DNA of 64,000 bases, taken from the NCBI GenBank assembly GCA_973895155.1, contig OZ316899.1, forward strand, positions 1,945,573 through 2,009,572. Reading direction: 5' to 3'. This document shows, piece after piece, positions 12,006-24,404 of this stretch; within the stretch, counting starts at the first letter, position 1, and every line of letters starts with the position of its first letter. Under the pieces are notes generated by a model. The model saw only the letters and a list, made by a program, of their open reading frames with translations. It ran no database searches and was not told the DNA's origin. The translations under genes were made by a program, and so were the position numbers. Source of the stretch: Marsupella aquatica. Lineage: Eukaryota > Plantae > Marchantiophyta.

Positions 12006-13950
12006 CAAATGTTCTCAGTTTTTGATGGGAATCATCGACTATTTTCATGGACACAAGTTACTAGTGAGAGCCTAGAGAATCCAAAGTATCATCCTCGAGT
12101 GCAATGCACAATCTTCAAGGGGGACAAGGAATCTATCATCGAGATTGAAGCAGCGATGCACATTGTGAACCAGTGAGTTGTCTCTCACCAATGCTTGAAA
12201 CTCTCAAATTTCTCGGTTTCCCTCTGTGCATTCTATGTTCTTTCTGGTTTAAGGGTCTATGTCAGCGCTAGGCGCTATTTCTAATATGCTGAATTTCACA
12301 GGATGGGGCAAGCAGTTGTAGAGTCTTCTTGGATTCTGGACGCGGACAGAACCAGGAGGATTTTGGCACATGATCTTGAATATTATAAACCCATCATAGA
12401 CAAAGCAAATTACGCCAAATTCGAGAAGACTCGGAAAGGGACCCGAAAGGTTCTTGGTTTACTAAGAAGATGCCAATGGAGGCCTTGGTCTATATCCTGT
12501 GTGAGAATAAGATCAAGTCCTACTCGCAGCAGTTCCAGGTGATGAAGACCCAGGCAAGCAATTCCGGTGCACCGTGATCTATCGGAGAGACCAGTCTTTG
12601 TCACAATCAGATGATGAAGGAAGCAACTAAGGAGTGGACTGTGGAAACTCCAAAGCTCACTTCCTTGCTGAGCCCAGAGTTTGAAGATTTCATGGACACT
12701 TGTGCCAAAATGTATAGTCTTACTGATCGGCTGAAACGCGAGAAGGTCCCTGACGCCGTATTCTGCACGATGGATAGAGCTCACTTGTTCACTGCCAATT
12801 TGGCATTAGATCCAAAGCTGCAAAGTACACTTCTCGTTGCTCATTGTACTCCCGACTTACGGAAACAGTTTTTTCATCCCTTTGGCATTTCTGATGACCC
12901 CGTCAAGCAGTGGTGTCACACCTGGCATGTTTGGAATACAATTGAGGGGATAGCCACTGCTCTCTTAGATGCGTCTTTGAACAAAGTTATGGCTTCGTGT
13001 ACAGAACAGCGTCTTTCAACACTGGTCGGAGAGGTCATCACATTTGAGAAGTTGAGGGAAGTGATTTTAGAGGATTTTAGAAAGTACGGTGATTCCGTAA
13101 GGGCCAAGTTCTTCAAAAACATTTGGGAATCCAAGTACGCTGATAAGGAGGATTTGAATGATGTCAACCGCAAGAGAGCAAAGAGATATTTGTATTGATA
13201 TTACATGAAAATGGAGAGGAGTGACCCTTCCTATTTTTGGGCCTATCCTGGTGCCTTCCAAAAGTGGGTCGTTGTAATTTCAAGGTCTGAAGCGTCTGGG
13301 GACTTTCTTGGGTACTCGATGTACCCAGCACAAGGGAAGTTTCCCCCAAGAAAGATGACAAATTGGGAGGTTTTGCATTGTCCATGGTATCTTGACACAG
13401 AGAAATGGAGTTCCCCATTTGATGATACGGAGAAAGATGCTTTCCAGATGTTATCGAAGAATATAGCTCCAAGGAATATTTTGTTGGAGATGAAGCAAGC
13501 GACCAATGAAGAGATACATCGACCGGCCATAGAGCTACAAAGGATTTGCAAGACCCGAGTCGTCCAAGTTGCAAGGAGTCGGAAACCCAGAGCAAAAGCC
13601 AAGCAAGAAACAACCCCAAGTGGATCTCATAAAGAGACCCGAAAGAGTGAGTTCCTATGTTTGTTTTTCTATTTTTGTCTAGTTTCAGACGGGGGTTGGT
13701 TTCTGGTAATGCTGGAACTGCAACACCAAAGCCCTCTTGTGAAATTAGTGTCGGGAAGGATGAGGAGCCGCCTGAAGGGTCGGCAACGCCTGAGGATGTG
13801 AGTGTTCCACCCGTGGATGCAACCAGCATAAGGAGGAAGAAGAAACGTTGTGTTTCTACGTCCACGGGTTCTCAACGGGAAATGCTTGCAGCAATTGGTT
13901 TACAACGGAATGTGGGAGACTTCAAGGGGAATAAATCGAGACATACATTT
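12006..13950 (+). pseudogene. MULE accessory gene, 5' part: ParB/Srx-like domain plus helical region (continues after the Gypsy insertion)
   Basis: FSVFDGNHRLFSW (GxxR-type motif, 12024-12038). In-frame GT-AG intron 12173-12301 containing a palindrome (12263). The reading frame runs into the Gypsy TSD (..NKSRHTF) and resumes at 19870 (..VESTLADFY). Confidence 0.7.
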
Positions 13951-16900
13951 TGTCGCATCCCTAACCTGGGCCTTAAATCTAGTTTAGTTCCATGGCGCAA
14001 CCTCGACCACCAGTAGGGGTGAGGGTTCGGGCAAGGAGGTGTGTAGTAGCCCCGATTAGCCCTAAGTCCGGCTAAGTCTATCTACTTACTGGCATACACA
14101 CTTGCGCAATTTGTACTAGTCATAGGTATATTTGTTTTCCACCGCTGGAATCTTCCCTCAGTTAGTGACTCGGACTAACTCCCGGCTTGGGGCTTTTCAA
14201 GCCATTGACGTGACAGGACCTTGTGACATACAATGGGTGGCAATCCCTACCATTAGTCCGCACCCGGTACGTCCCTTAAAATGGCGCCTTTGCCCAGACA
14301 AAGCATACGCACAACACCAGTTACTTCCAAAAACATTAGAGGGAAAAGACTACATTTACTTAGCGAAGCATCAGTTTACATGGTTGACTCGACTTCAAAG
14401 GGGGTCAGCAGGCCCAACGGCAGTCGATGCCCAGTCTCTACGAGGCCCTGCCTCGCACTTGCCCAGCAAGCTGGACTCTGGCTCTCACTCCTTGGTGCGC
14501 TCTGACCCTACTCAGGCCGGGACTCCCCGTGCCTCACCTTTCTTCTGCTGAAATAACTAAGCCTTCTCCCCCTACCATAGCGGAAGGGGAAGCCTAAATA
14601 CTACAATTGCGGAAGAGAACCGGCGGATACTACCTTCCGGGATACTACCTACTGACTAACTACTTTCTGACTACTGGCCGCGCCGTACTGACTGGTTGAC
14701 CGTCGACGACAAGTGTGCCGACCGGGATGGCAGCGGCCAAGCCTATTGACAAACTCTAGTCCGTTGATGAACTCCATCCTACGTTGGCTGATCCTAACTG
14801 ATCCGACCCTAATTCTTCTTACTGCCGCTAATCGGCGCCTAATGACAGCCATTCTGTCGTTACATCTAACCAAAAGATGCCGCTGACTTAACGGCCTCGC
14901 GCGGCGCTTGCTTCCATCCTTCGCTAACCACCCCTTACGTGTGTACTGTGGTTGGACCAGGGCTGGTCCCCTTGTCGGGGCGAGACCTCGAGCCACCTTG
15001 ATCAGAGGTGGGCCCAGGTTTTCCCCTCTGGAGGACGAGCAGGGTCACACGGTCCTGCAAAGCCTTGTTGTCCCGTACCGCCTCCTCCGCCTTGTTGGCA
15101 GCTTCATCGGCCTCGGTCTGGAGCCGTGCTACCTCCAGGTTGAGCTGGTTAATGGAGTCGCGATGGATCTGGTCCTGCGCCAACAATTTATCCCGCTCGG
15201 TGGAGAGACTAGCCACCTGCTGTGCTGCCTGCAGGAATTGTTTGTTGAGTTCGGTCAGGCTGGTAACCCAAGCCGAAGATTCTGAGCGTAATTGAAGCAC
15301 GGTGTCGTTCAGCTTCTTGAGTTCTGCCTGCGCTCGGCTTAACTCCTGGGTTAGTCCGTCCCTCTGTTCGACGGTGCGGACTAACTCCTCGCGGTGGGTA
15401 GTGGCCTCCTCCTCGAGGTGCTCTACCAGCATCTGGAGGCGCCCGATCTCATTCCCCTTCGCCACGAGTTCTTCTTCCAAGCGGCTTACGATCCGTGGTT
15501 GGTGCTCTAACATGAAGAAGGCTGGTTGAAAGTACGTCGAGACTTGTTGTCCGATGTACGTTGCCAGCTCCCCAGACATAGTCTGGCTAAACTTCTGGAC
15601 CAGGTCGTAGGCCATGGTCCCTGGGGCTACTTGGTAGTCCTCCATCCTCTCGGGTACCGGTGGTTCCTCGGCCGGGGCAACGAGCTCCTCCGTAGTTAGT
15701 GCTGGGGAAGGGAAGGTTTCTTCAGGTGGTGGAGGGATTGGGGGTGGTTGTACTGTGGGTAGCGGAGGCTCGACGGAAGGGGGCGGCGGAATTTCCACAG
15801 GAGGAGGTGGCGGAGTATTAGTCGGGGCTTCCGGCTCGGGGTTTGCCCGAGGAACGGTAGTCCGCGTGCTCGGGGTTGCCTCCTCTGGGGCGGGGGTGAC
15901 ATTAGCCGGGGCTGAGGTGGCCATATTCTTTCCTCTGGCCTCCCGCCGTGCCTTGTACCAGGCGAGGATAATGGCGATATGACTTCCCAAGTAAGTCTTC
16001 CCCCCAATAGCCATACCACCCTGAGCCCGCTTCAGCTCCCCTAAGAATCTTCGGTAGAAGAATTGGGCCCAGTTTCACCGTTTGTACTGTTCCACCTGCA
16101 CGATCGTGCAGAGGGAAATTTCGGATCGTGGCTCAATCATGTATAGGGTAGTCTGTATGAAGTTAAGCCGCTCCATGCAGGTTAAGTTGGTGCACGCCCC
16201 CTGCTTGTATCCGTTGTCCGTCTTACCCTCGGGTTTGAAGTGTCGCGGTGTATACTCCTTATCCCGAATTCGGATTTCAACCGGCACCGGCCCGGTTGGT
16301 AGGCAGAAGATTTGCGTTAACCGATGCTCTGTGAGTGATAAGGCCTGCCCCGAAACCTTGGTGGTCGACGCGTCAGTGTCGAAATTGGAGATGAACTCAC
16401 AAATCTCCTTTGGCCCGGCGGCGCACGGCCTCCATAGCAAGTGAGCGAACTGCTCCAACTGATGCTCCTTAAGATAGTCCGTGTGTTCGAGTTTCTTGAT
16501 CACAATCCAGACTACTTCGGGGACGCGGATTACCTGTAATAAGTTGGACTTCGGGTTATCCGAGGGCCGTCGGGTCTGGTTGGTCGGGGGGTTTGCCGGG
16601 GCAGGTGCAGGCGCGGCGTTGGTTCGCATTGTTGATTCGGGGGCCGTCGCAGTTCTTGGCCGCTTACGAGAACGCTGTTCGAGTTGCGGACTAGCTCTCT
16701 CAGAACCCAAAGAACACTCTATGTTGATTACTGGACGGACTTGGGACCGGTTCGGCGGTACGCCGATGGTCATCGGCTGAGGCACTGGTGGTATCAGGGT
16801 AGCCATATCCCAGTTGAAGGCGCTGGAGCTTTCCCCGAGGAACGTAAGATTACGCGCCGCTTCCCATTGTCTGCTGATATCTTCTTGGCGCTTTTCGGCT

Positions 16901-17804
16901 GCGATCTGCTGGTCTAGGTACCCTGGAATCTTGTCGAACTCCGCTTGAGTAAGCCGCTGGGTGCCCTTCAGCTTAAAGAACTTTGCTGGAACCTCAAGAA
17001 TCACCTCTGCTACCGATCTAAGCCCTTCCTCGCTGAGATATAGTTCGGTGATATAGTCTCGCAGCTCGTTGTAGCTGGAATCCCTGGTGATGGCTATCTT
17101 TTTGCAATTAACCAGTGCTACCTTGGTCACCAGCTTTGCGTATCTTCATTCGTAAGCGGCTTTCTCGGGGCAAGAGTACCAGTAAGTCTCGGAGAACTTA
17201 GCACCTACCTCGCCAAACAAGGTCCAAAATCCCAAGGCTGTGAGGGTCATACTAACCTCGTAGTCCGGTTCGTTGAGTCCACGTTCCCACCCGGCTGGTC
17301 CTTTTCCTCGTGGAGGCCTCGCTCGTCCTGACTAAATCTCGCCACATTCCGCTCTTCTCCCTCGATAATCTCCTTGTAAAGGTCGACTTGATTCGATCAG
17401 AAAGGCGAGTGGATGGCAACGTCCGTGAATTCCAAAAAAGGTAGACATGAGCAAATGGCCCGCAGCGCCATCGGCTCCTCTCTTATGGAGGTGCCAGGAT
17501 GAGCCCGAGCGTGAGAAGGCCAGGCCGTTTTGGTCATTGATATTGAGCTGAAGTCGACTCCTCGGTCCAAGCGTGATTCTTCTAACTGATTTTTACTCTG
17601 CTGCCGCCACCGTACCTCGGTCGCGCGTAATAATCCTCTTCCTGAACTCGTAATTATTTGGTCATCTTAACCTACTCCTAATCTAATCATAATGGCAACA
17701 GACGGCTATACGTGCTATTCTACGCTATGGCTACGGTCCTAATGCCCGTATAAGGCCTAATCTACGACCTGGGTTCGGTTAAGTGACACGTTACCCGTGT
17801 CACA
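13951..17804 (-). repeat. 3' LTR of Gypsy family 1 (3854 bp), containing a long ORF
   Basis: Begins TGTGAC immediately after the PPT AAGTGGGGAGCTA. Its first 158 bp (17647-17804) match the element's outer end (19712-19869). Ends ...GCGACA at the TSD. Confidence 0.88.
14935..17130 (-). pseudogene. LTR-internal ORF of Gypsy family 1: plant-mobile-domain/Athila-ORF-like region, Pro-rich linker, coiled coil
   Basis: ORFs 16075-17130 and 14935-16014 are in frame across one TGA (QYKR*NWAQFF). Motif EFISNFD...KVSGQALSLTEHRLTQIFCLP. C-terminal heptad-rich segment. Confidence 0.7.
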
Positions 17805-19691
17805 TAGCTCCCCACTTAAGTGTGAAGCATCCTCGCAAACATCATAATGCTCCTTGTCCTGGTGAAAGTACCTCTTCACACGATCGTAACTAACTCGATT
17901 GGGAAAGAGGTCGCCGGCGTACGTTGATAGCTGTAAGGATCCGTTCGGGTACATCTGCTGGACAACGAAAGGTCCTAGCCAGCGTGTGTGTAACTTTCCT
18001 GGAAAGTACATGTACCTACTGTCGTACAGAAGGATGAGATCTCCCGTAGTGATGTCTACCTGGCGCAGTCCTTTGTCGTACTGTTTCTTCGTTGCTTCTT
18101 GCTTGGCAGTTATGCGTCGCGATGCCCACAATCTCTGTTCTTCTAGACTGTCGATTTTATATGCTCGATCGGATGTACTAGCGGCCTCCAGTAGTCTGTG
18201 GCGGATGCGCACCCGCGGGGTCTCGACCTCAAACTCGACGGGTACTAGCGCATGTTGTCCGAACACCAAGAAATACGGACTATGGTTTGTTGTAGTTTTA
18301 AACGCCAAGTTGTACGAATAGACCGCCGCGAAAAGCTTGTCGTCCCAGTCTGTTTTGTGGGCTGCCACGGTTTTGTTGAGTATTTTCCCTACAATGCCAT
18401 TAGCCCGCTCTGCTAGTCCATTACATTTGGGATGATAAGGAGTAGTCTTCCTGTGCTTGACGAGGTAACGATCAGTCAATTTTGCCACCGTTTTGTTCAA
18501 AAAATGAGTCCCGCGGTCGCTGACTAATTCCAAGGGAGGTCCAAAGCGGGTGAAGATCTGTTCGTATAGGAACCTGGCGGTGGTGGCCGCGTCATCCTTG
18601 ACCGTTGCCCGGGCCTCGACCCATTTAGTCGAGTAGTCGATAGCAAGAAGGATGTACCGGCAATGCCGACCTCGGGTTACAGGAGTGAATGGTCCGATAT
18701 AATCGATGCCCCATTTCTCAAACGGGGCAAGGGGAAAGATTGGGGTAAGAGGATGATTACCCGATCTGCGAGGTTTGCCTGCGCGCTGACACAAGTTGCA
18801 ACCTCGGATAAAATGGGCTACGTCATGATGAAGCGTAGGCCACCAATAACCTGCGTCCAAGATTTTGTGAGCCGTGGTGACCGGGGCGAAGTGTCCTCCT
18901 GCCTCTTCCTCGTGCATAGCTCGCATGACAATGATCGTTTTGTTATAATCTAGGCATCTGCGGATCTTCCCATCGACGCCCTCCTTATGCAGATGTCCGC
19001 GGATCATCATGTACGGTGTGGCCTCTTGGTTTATGTTACTTGGAATGCGGGCCGTTAAGAGGAAGGTGATTAGGTCCCCGTACCAGATTGGTTGGTCCGT
19101 TTGTACGCGGAATAATTCTTCATCAGGGAATGCATCATCGACAGGTGCATCGTCTGATTCCCCTTCAATCCTCGAGAAGAAGTCCGCATTTACGTGAGCT
19201 TTCCCTGGTCACACCCTGACTTCGTAGTTTAAATTCTTGGAGCAGCAGGACCCAACGGGCTATTCTCCCCGTTAGGTCTGCTTTGTTTACCATGTACTTT
19301 AGGCTGTCATGGTCAGTATGGAATACTACCTTATATCCCAATAGATAATGGCGAAACTTTTTACACGAGTAGATGATTCCCAAGGCCTCCCGATCGGTGG
19401 GCGAATAGTTTTTCTCTACGGCAAACAGTTGTCGGCTCGCAAAGTAAATGGGGTGGTCACATTTTTCGTCGTCCAGTTGGCTTAGGACTGAGCCGATGCA
19501 AAACCCAAACACGTCGACATACACATGGAACTCCTTGTTCCAATCGGGGGTAGTCAGAATCGGAGCCATCGTTAGCTGTTTTTTTAGTTCGTCAAAGACT
19601 GATTTTCGACGGGGAGTCATTTCTATGACTGCGTCTTGCTTCATCATTTCTGTGAGGGGTAGGGCTATCTTAGCAAAATCCTGAATGAATT
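17757..19691 (-). pseudogene. pol: Gypsy family 1 pol remnant: RT end, RNase H, integrase
   Basis: FIQDFAKIALP; APILTTPDWNKEFHVYVD...PIYFASRQL; integrase HHCC zinc finger, PFEKWGIDYIGP, SDRGTHF, PKCNGLAER; no chromodomain. Confidence 0.93.
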
Positions 19692-19869
19692 GTCGGGTCT
19701 GGTTGGTCGGGCTCGTAATTATTCGGTCATCTTAACCTACTCCTAATCTAATCATAATGGCAACAGACGGCTATACGTGCTATTCTACGCTATGGCTACG
19801 GTCCTAATGCCCGTATAAGGCCTAATCTACGACCTGGGTTTGGTTAAGTGACACGTTACCCATGTCACA

Positions 19870-21410
19870 CATTTGTGGAGTCCACCTTGGCAGACTTCTA
19901 CGAGAGTGTGTTCAAGCGGGAAGAGAAGCCATCATGGGTTGATCGGGTTGAGAGCTGGGGTAAAAATCTGGTTAAGTCGGGAGCCCGTGCGAAGGGGATA
20001 ATCAGAGGGGGTAAAGTTAGGGCATTTGGTGTCGATGCCGGCTTTCTCTATTGCCAACTGGGTTGAGACCATCTCTTCTAGACAAAAAAATAACCAAATG
20101 GAATTTGCAAGACCACTCTCTTCCATTCGCTTTTTTTAGCGCAATGGACCCTTTCCTTTCTGACGATGGACTTCTGGCTATTCTTCACACTGGAGAGTAC
20201 AATCAGATTTCGGAAGTAATATCTGCATGCCAACAATCTCAGAAGTTTTCCTGTACTGCCTTGCATACAGTCGTCATGGGGTTTCCTATGTACAAACCTA
20301 AGTCTGATACTCAGGTAAGAATTATCTGCATTACTTTTTGGCCAGCGCCAGGCGCTAATATTATGTATCACTATGCTAGTTGAAATTGTTTACCACGATC
20401 TCACTATTATTTTGTTTTCAGATCTTCACGCTGAGGTTGGATATATTCGGCCGTGTTTCAAGCAAAACTTCAATCCCCAAAGACCCCAAGTTTTGTCCAT
20501 TGTCACCCTCCGAAGATCCCTCTGTTACAAATCTTATAGGATTTCCGTCTTTAAAGACTGATCCAATGCCAGACCTTGTGGCCTGTGGAAACGGAAGGCT
20601 CATAGTTGGGTTTATGCAATCTGTCATAGAGCTCATCTCCTATCGTGGGGATATTTTCATTGACTGGACCGCTTGTTCGGGAAGTTCATTTGTGGAGGGA
20701 GACTATTGTGGTAGATTTGTTACTGGTGTCGAAGGGGGGCGAGAGTTTGTGACTGCTGCAAGATTTATGCTAGATGACATTTTGGAGCCAAAGTCAACTT
20801 TGACTCCGGAGAAGACAATCTCAAGGAAGGGGAAAGAGAAGTTGGACAGAGATAGATCAATTTTAAACTTTGATTCTGAAGAAAGCGAGCCGGATGTTGT
20901 TGGGGAACCTGATGAGGAAGATGTTCCCATCGTTGATCTTGGAGATGACAAGGAAGAGAAGAGAAATCCTTTGGGATCAGAATCTAAATCTGAGGATGAG
21001 GAGTCTTCTCAATAATGCTCGGAAGCCCGATCCAAATCCATGACTGTTTTCAATAAGATATTTTTACATGTACAGAGTTTTAATATCTATGCAAACTTTC
21101 AGGTCGGAGTGGAATATGCGGAGAAGGAATATGCAGAGAAGGAGACCTTCGGAAAATGATTGCTGAAGCATTGGAGATGACACCAGAAAAACCATTTATC
21201 CTTCCATCATACGCAGAGAAGGCGGCCAGAAAAAGTTGAGAGGTGCCAAACATTGTCTTGGGAAACAAAGGGCCTTTGTCTAAGGAGAGGTTGTGATAGG
21301 AAGTTTTTGGTGAGGAGGTTTGTGGATGACATTTGTAGAAGTGAATTTGTGGACGATGAGGCAGAATCTACCGATAGGTCCGAGAGTAGTGAGGCAGAGT
21401 CCTCCGATTA
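19870..21410 (+). pseudogene. MULE accessory gene, 3' part: beta-class amino-DNA-methyltransferase-like domain plus acidic tail
   Basis: FFSAMDPFLSDDGLLAILH (motif V-VI-like) and IELISYRGDIFIDWTACSGSSF..GDYCGRFVTGVE (motif X-I-II-like, D at 20662). In-frame GT-AG intron 20315-20421 containing a palindrome (20343). Frameshift at about 20051 at the expected motif IV position (GFLY/LPTGL). Confidence 0.7.
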
Positions 21411-21439
21411 GAATAGTTTCCAACATGCACATTTGTTAC

Positions 21440-21535
21440 ACAATTTCATTGTAAACCAATTTCAAGAATCCACATATAATAAATACTACAATTTCATTGT
21501 AAACCAATTTCAAGAATCCACATATAATAAATACT
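21440..21535. repeat. 48-bp tandem duplication in a 3' UTR-like region
   Basis: ACAATTTCATTGTAAACCAATTTCAAGAATCCACATATAATAAATACT x2. Confidence 0.9.
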
Positions 21536-21692
21536 ATGTTCTCGGTTTATTTGCGTCATTGGTGAGGTTCAAGTTCTATTGAATCTTGAATCTCTATAAG
21601 TCTAGAGTTTTAGAGACTTATACAGAAAATCATTGGATTATTTTGACCTAGATTGGGAGGGAATATTTTGAATTCTTGGGACCTATGTTGGA

Positions 21693-23074
21693 TAGCGCCA
21701 GGCGTTAGCCAATTTTTTCTGAGTTTTTGTTAGCGTCGGGCGTTAGCCAAAAAGGTGTGTATCGTGGATATTGTTACCGTTGGAGTCTATTGATAGGCAG
21801 CAGATATTGTCCAGTGGTCGTTGGTCGGCTTCTAGTACTGCTGTTAAATGACTATTTTATCCCGTCGTTAGGTAGTAAAAATGGGAAACCCTTAACCTTG
21901 ATTTTTATATATTTGAATTGTCGGCCTTTTCAAAAGACACAGTTAACGCCAGGTTTGTTTCCCAGTCTTTTATGTTCTCATCCATCAGTGATGACAATTA
22001 CTGTTTCACTTTGATAGCGCCTGGCATTAGCCAAATTGTCTCTTATGCTGGTCTTTGGATCCGTTGTCAGGGATTGTTACCGTTGGAATTCTTGTTGATT
22101 CTATCAGATTTTTTTCCTCCTCATTGGCATTGGGCCCTTCCCACCGGTAACTACGCCTATACAAGGAATGAGATCCACTTCTGTATCCCCAAAACTTTAT
22201 GGACGTTGTTCATAGAGAGAGTTTTTGTTTGGGTTTACAGCGCTTTTTTCCTTTTCCGTTCCTCGTTTCGCATCATTTGAAGAAAGTGAGTCATTCCATC
22301 CTGATTCCAGAGTGATGGAGCATCGAGTCCCAAATGTTGGTAATGGTAGGGGCGCAAGGCCACCGCGCCATGTCCCGTTGTTGGTGGCGTAATCAGAACT
22401 AATCTTTCATCCATATCCATTGTGGACAATGAGAGTGTCATGACAGAGACATCGGACATTTGAAATTGTCTTTTCTTGCCTCGTGATGAAGGGATGAGTC
22501 CTAGGGATCAAAACATTCCATGGCTTCCCGATTCTCCCCCTAGACCATTTCAAGAACGTTTCTCGATTCACTATCCCACTCCCCAAGATCCATCAACAAA
22601 TATTGATTGGGAAGTTGAAGTGCGCACTGCGGAGTTCCTTGGGCGTGTTGATTTCCACAACACAAATTGTCCAGGTCCTTCTTCCTCAGTTCCAGCTCAA
22701 AGACTTCCGAGTCAACGATATTCCCGATTTCGCACATTTGGTTTTCAGCAAGATCGCTATAGAGCAAAAGCAGGGGTGGACGATGAATGTGGATCTTCGT
22801 GCAATCCTAGATCTTGAGAAGGACGCCATAGTTTTGAGTAGCGCCCGACGCTAACATGGGCAGTCATATCGCAAAGACGATCCCTCGGACTCTAAGTTTG
22901 GATTGAGTTTCTAGCCTTAGTGACATTGAGTTCATATTTGTCAGTGAGGATTTTCCATTGTATTACCCTCGGACAAGCCGGTCGGCAATATGTTCAGCGA
23001 TCCTAGATCTTGAGAGGGGAAGATCTTGGATCTTTAGATAGGAATGATATGGTTTTGAGTAGCGCCCAGCGCTT
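21693..23074. repeat. Five degenerate TAGCGC-N3-GCGCTA palindromes near the right side of the MULE
   Basis: Copies at 21693, 21731, 22015, 22839 and 23060; the last two lie in an old duplication of about 200-240 bp (22805-23240). Confidence 0.8.
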
Positions 23075-23427
23075 GTGTGGGCTGTCGTTCATCCCAACAA
23101 TGTAGAAGGATGGATGATCCCTCAGACTCTCAATTTGTTTTGAGTTTTTAGCCATTGAAGGTTGTTTTTGTCGATTACCTCTCGACTTAGTCTTACAATT
23201 AGAATTTTCCATTGTATTACCCTCGGACAAGCTGGTCGAAAATATGTTAAGCTTTTCAGTAATGAATGATTGTCTTTTATGAATAAATTTGGTGTTTTGC
23301 GAGCACAGTCAGTTGTACATATTTTTCTCACAATAAATGCACTTTAATATATATGTGGAAGCCGGAGTTTGCGTTGCCATCCTCATTGGTTTTATGACTT
23401 TGTTTCGGACACACCCTACACCCTAAA

Positions 23428-24402
23428 TGTTTGGAAGACAGCAGATGGGATACTTTGTATGTTTACGAGGGATTTCGGGTAGTTGACTTCTTAATCTTCA
23501 CCAAAAGTATAAACTTTGCACCAAAATCCTGTCTCAGAAACATAAGGGGCAAGTCCAGTATGTACATATGGACAGTAGTAATATCGGGAATATTCTATCT
23601 TACATGTTATCTTGGCAATCTTTGTGTGTCTTGTTTTCAAACATTTTTCCTGTTTAGTTTTTGCTGTTTCCTGTTTCCTTTTTACTGTTTACTGTCACGG
23701 TCGTTATACCCCATCCTTACACAAATTTTGGCTTGGACGGGCATAATCTTCATTAGTTTTGAGGGTTTGGGCAAGGCAGGACGTGCAAACTGAACCTTAC
23801 TCCCCTAATCTAGCGCTAAGTGCGCCTAGTCCTACTCACATAAATATCATGGGTATAGTTTGTGTTCTGCCACCGGAACGTACCTTAAGTCGATAGCTGG
23901 ATTGACCCCGGCTTAAGGACTTCTAAGCCTTTGTGCTGTCCGCCTCCGATCTGGATCCGATGATACAGGTGTCCAACCCGGGCTCGCAACCACTATCTGC
24001 AGCCAACACCCCGTGCCCAGCTCGGATAATGTGTTTGGCCAAGCATTCTCTACCCGTATACAAGAATCATGTTAGGTATTTACTCAAGGTCTAGGGTTAC
24101 GACATATAACCGTAGTTAGACTAACCGTAGTTGGAGACGTGGTTAGGTTAACTAGGATGCACACTATATGCCAAGCAGTGTTTGCTTGGATAAGTGGAAT
24201 TGTTATGGAGCCACTTGAGAGATGAGGAGAGCTTACACTGTGGAGACTTGGTATGGCCGACGGGCTTAGAGTTCAGTGAAGCTCTCTTGTGTGTTCCCAT
24301 GGGTGTAGCCTCAAGGAGGTATACCACGTATCTCTTGTGTCGACTACTTGCGCAGTGGATGTGTCATGTACTTACCGTTATGAGTGTCGTCTATGCTCAA
24401 TA
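23428..24402 (+). repeat. Putative 5' LTR of the Copia element
   Basis: Non-coding segment ending just before the PBS. The start at TG 23428 is a guess. Confidence 0.45.
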
Positions 24403-24404
24403 AT

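Larger units (their letters stand above)
13951..19869 (-). mobile_element. Ty3/Gypsy LTR retrotransposon (non-chromoviral type), family 1; internally deleted (most of the 5' LTR, gag, PR and most of RT are lost)
   Basis: TG...CA termini; 5-bp TSD CATTT at 13946-13950 and 19870-19874. RT-end/RNase H/integrase at 19691-17757. PPT at 17805-17817. Confidence 0.92.
1201..23074 (+). mobile_element. Giant Mutator-like (MULE/MuDR superfamily) DNA transposon with accessory genes; boundaries approximate; contains nested LINE and Gypsy insertions
   Basis: MULE-type transposase at 3704-7539. The palindrome TAGCGC-N3-GCGCTA recurs from 1914 to 23074 outside the nested retroelements and was not seen beyond about 24 kb. 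No TIR or TSD identified. Confidence 0.7.

Noticed and set aside
14935-17130. Selenocysteine or programmed read-through at in-frame TGA codons
   Set aside because: Land plants lack Sec machinery, no conserved read-through context is seen, and CGA/TGG to TGA decay is pervasive across all elements in the window.
19870-21015. Calling the accessory proteins active DNA methyltransferases
   Set aside because: No canonical (D/N/S)PP(Y/F) motif IV: a frameshift at GFLY/LPTGL in one and IVDFSR in the other. Motif I is divergent. Only a fold-level call is supported.
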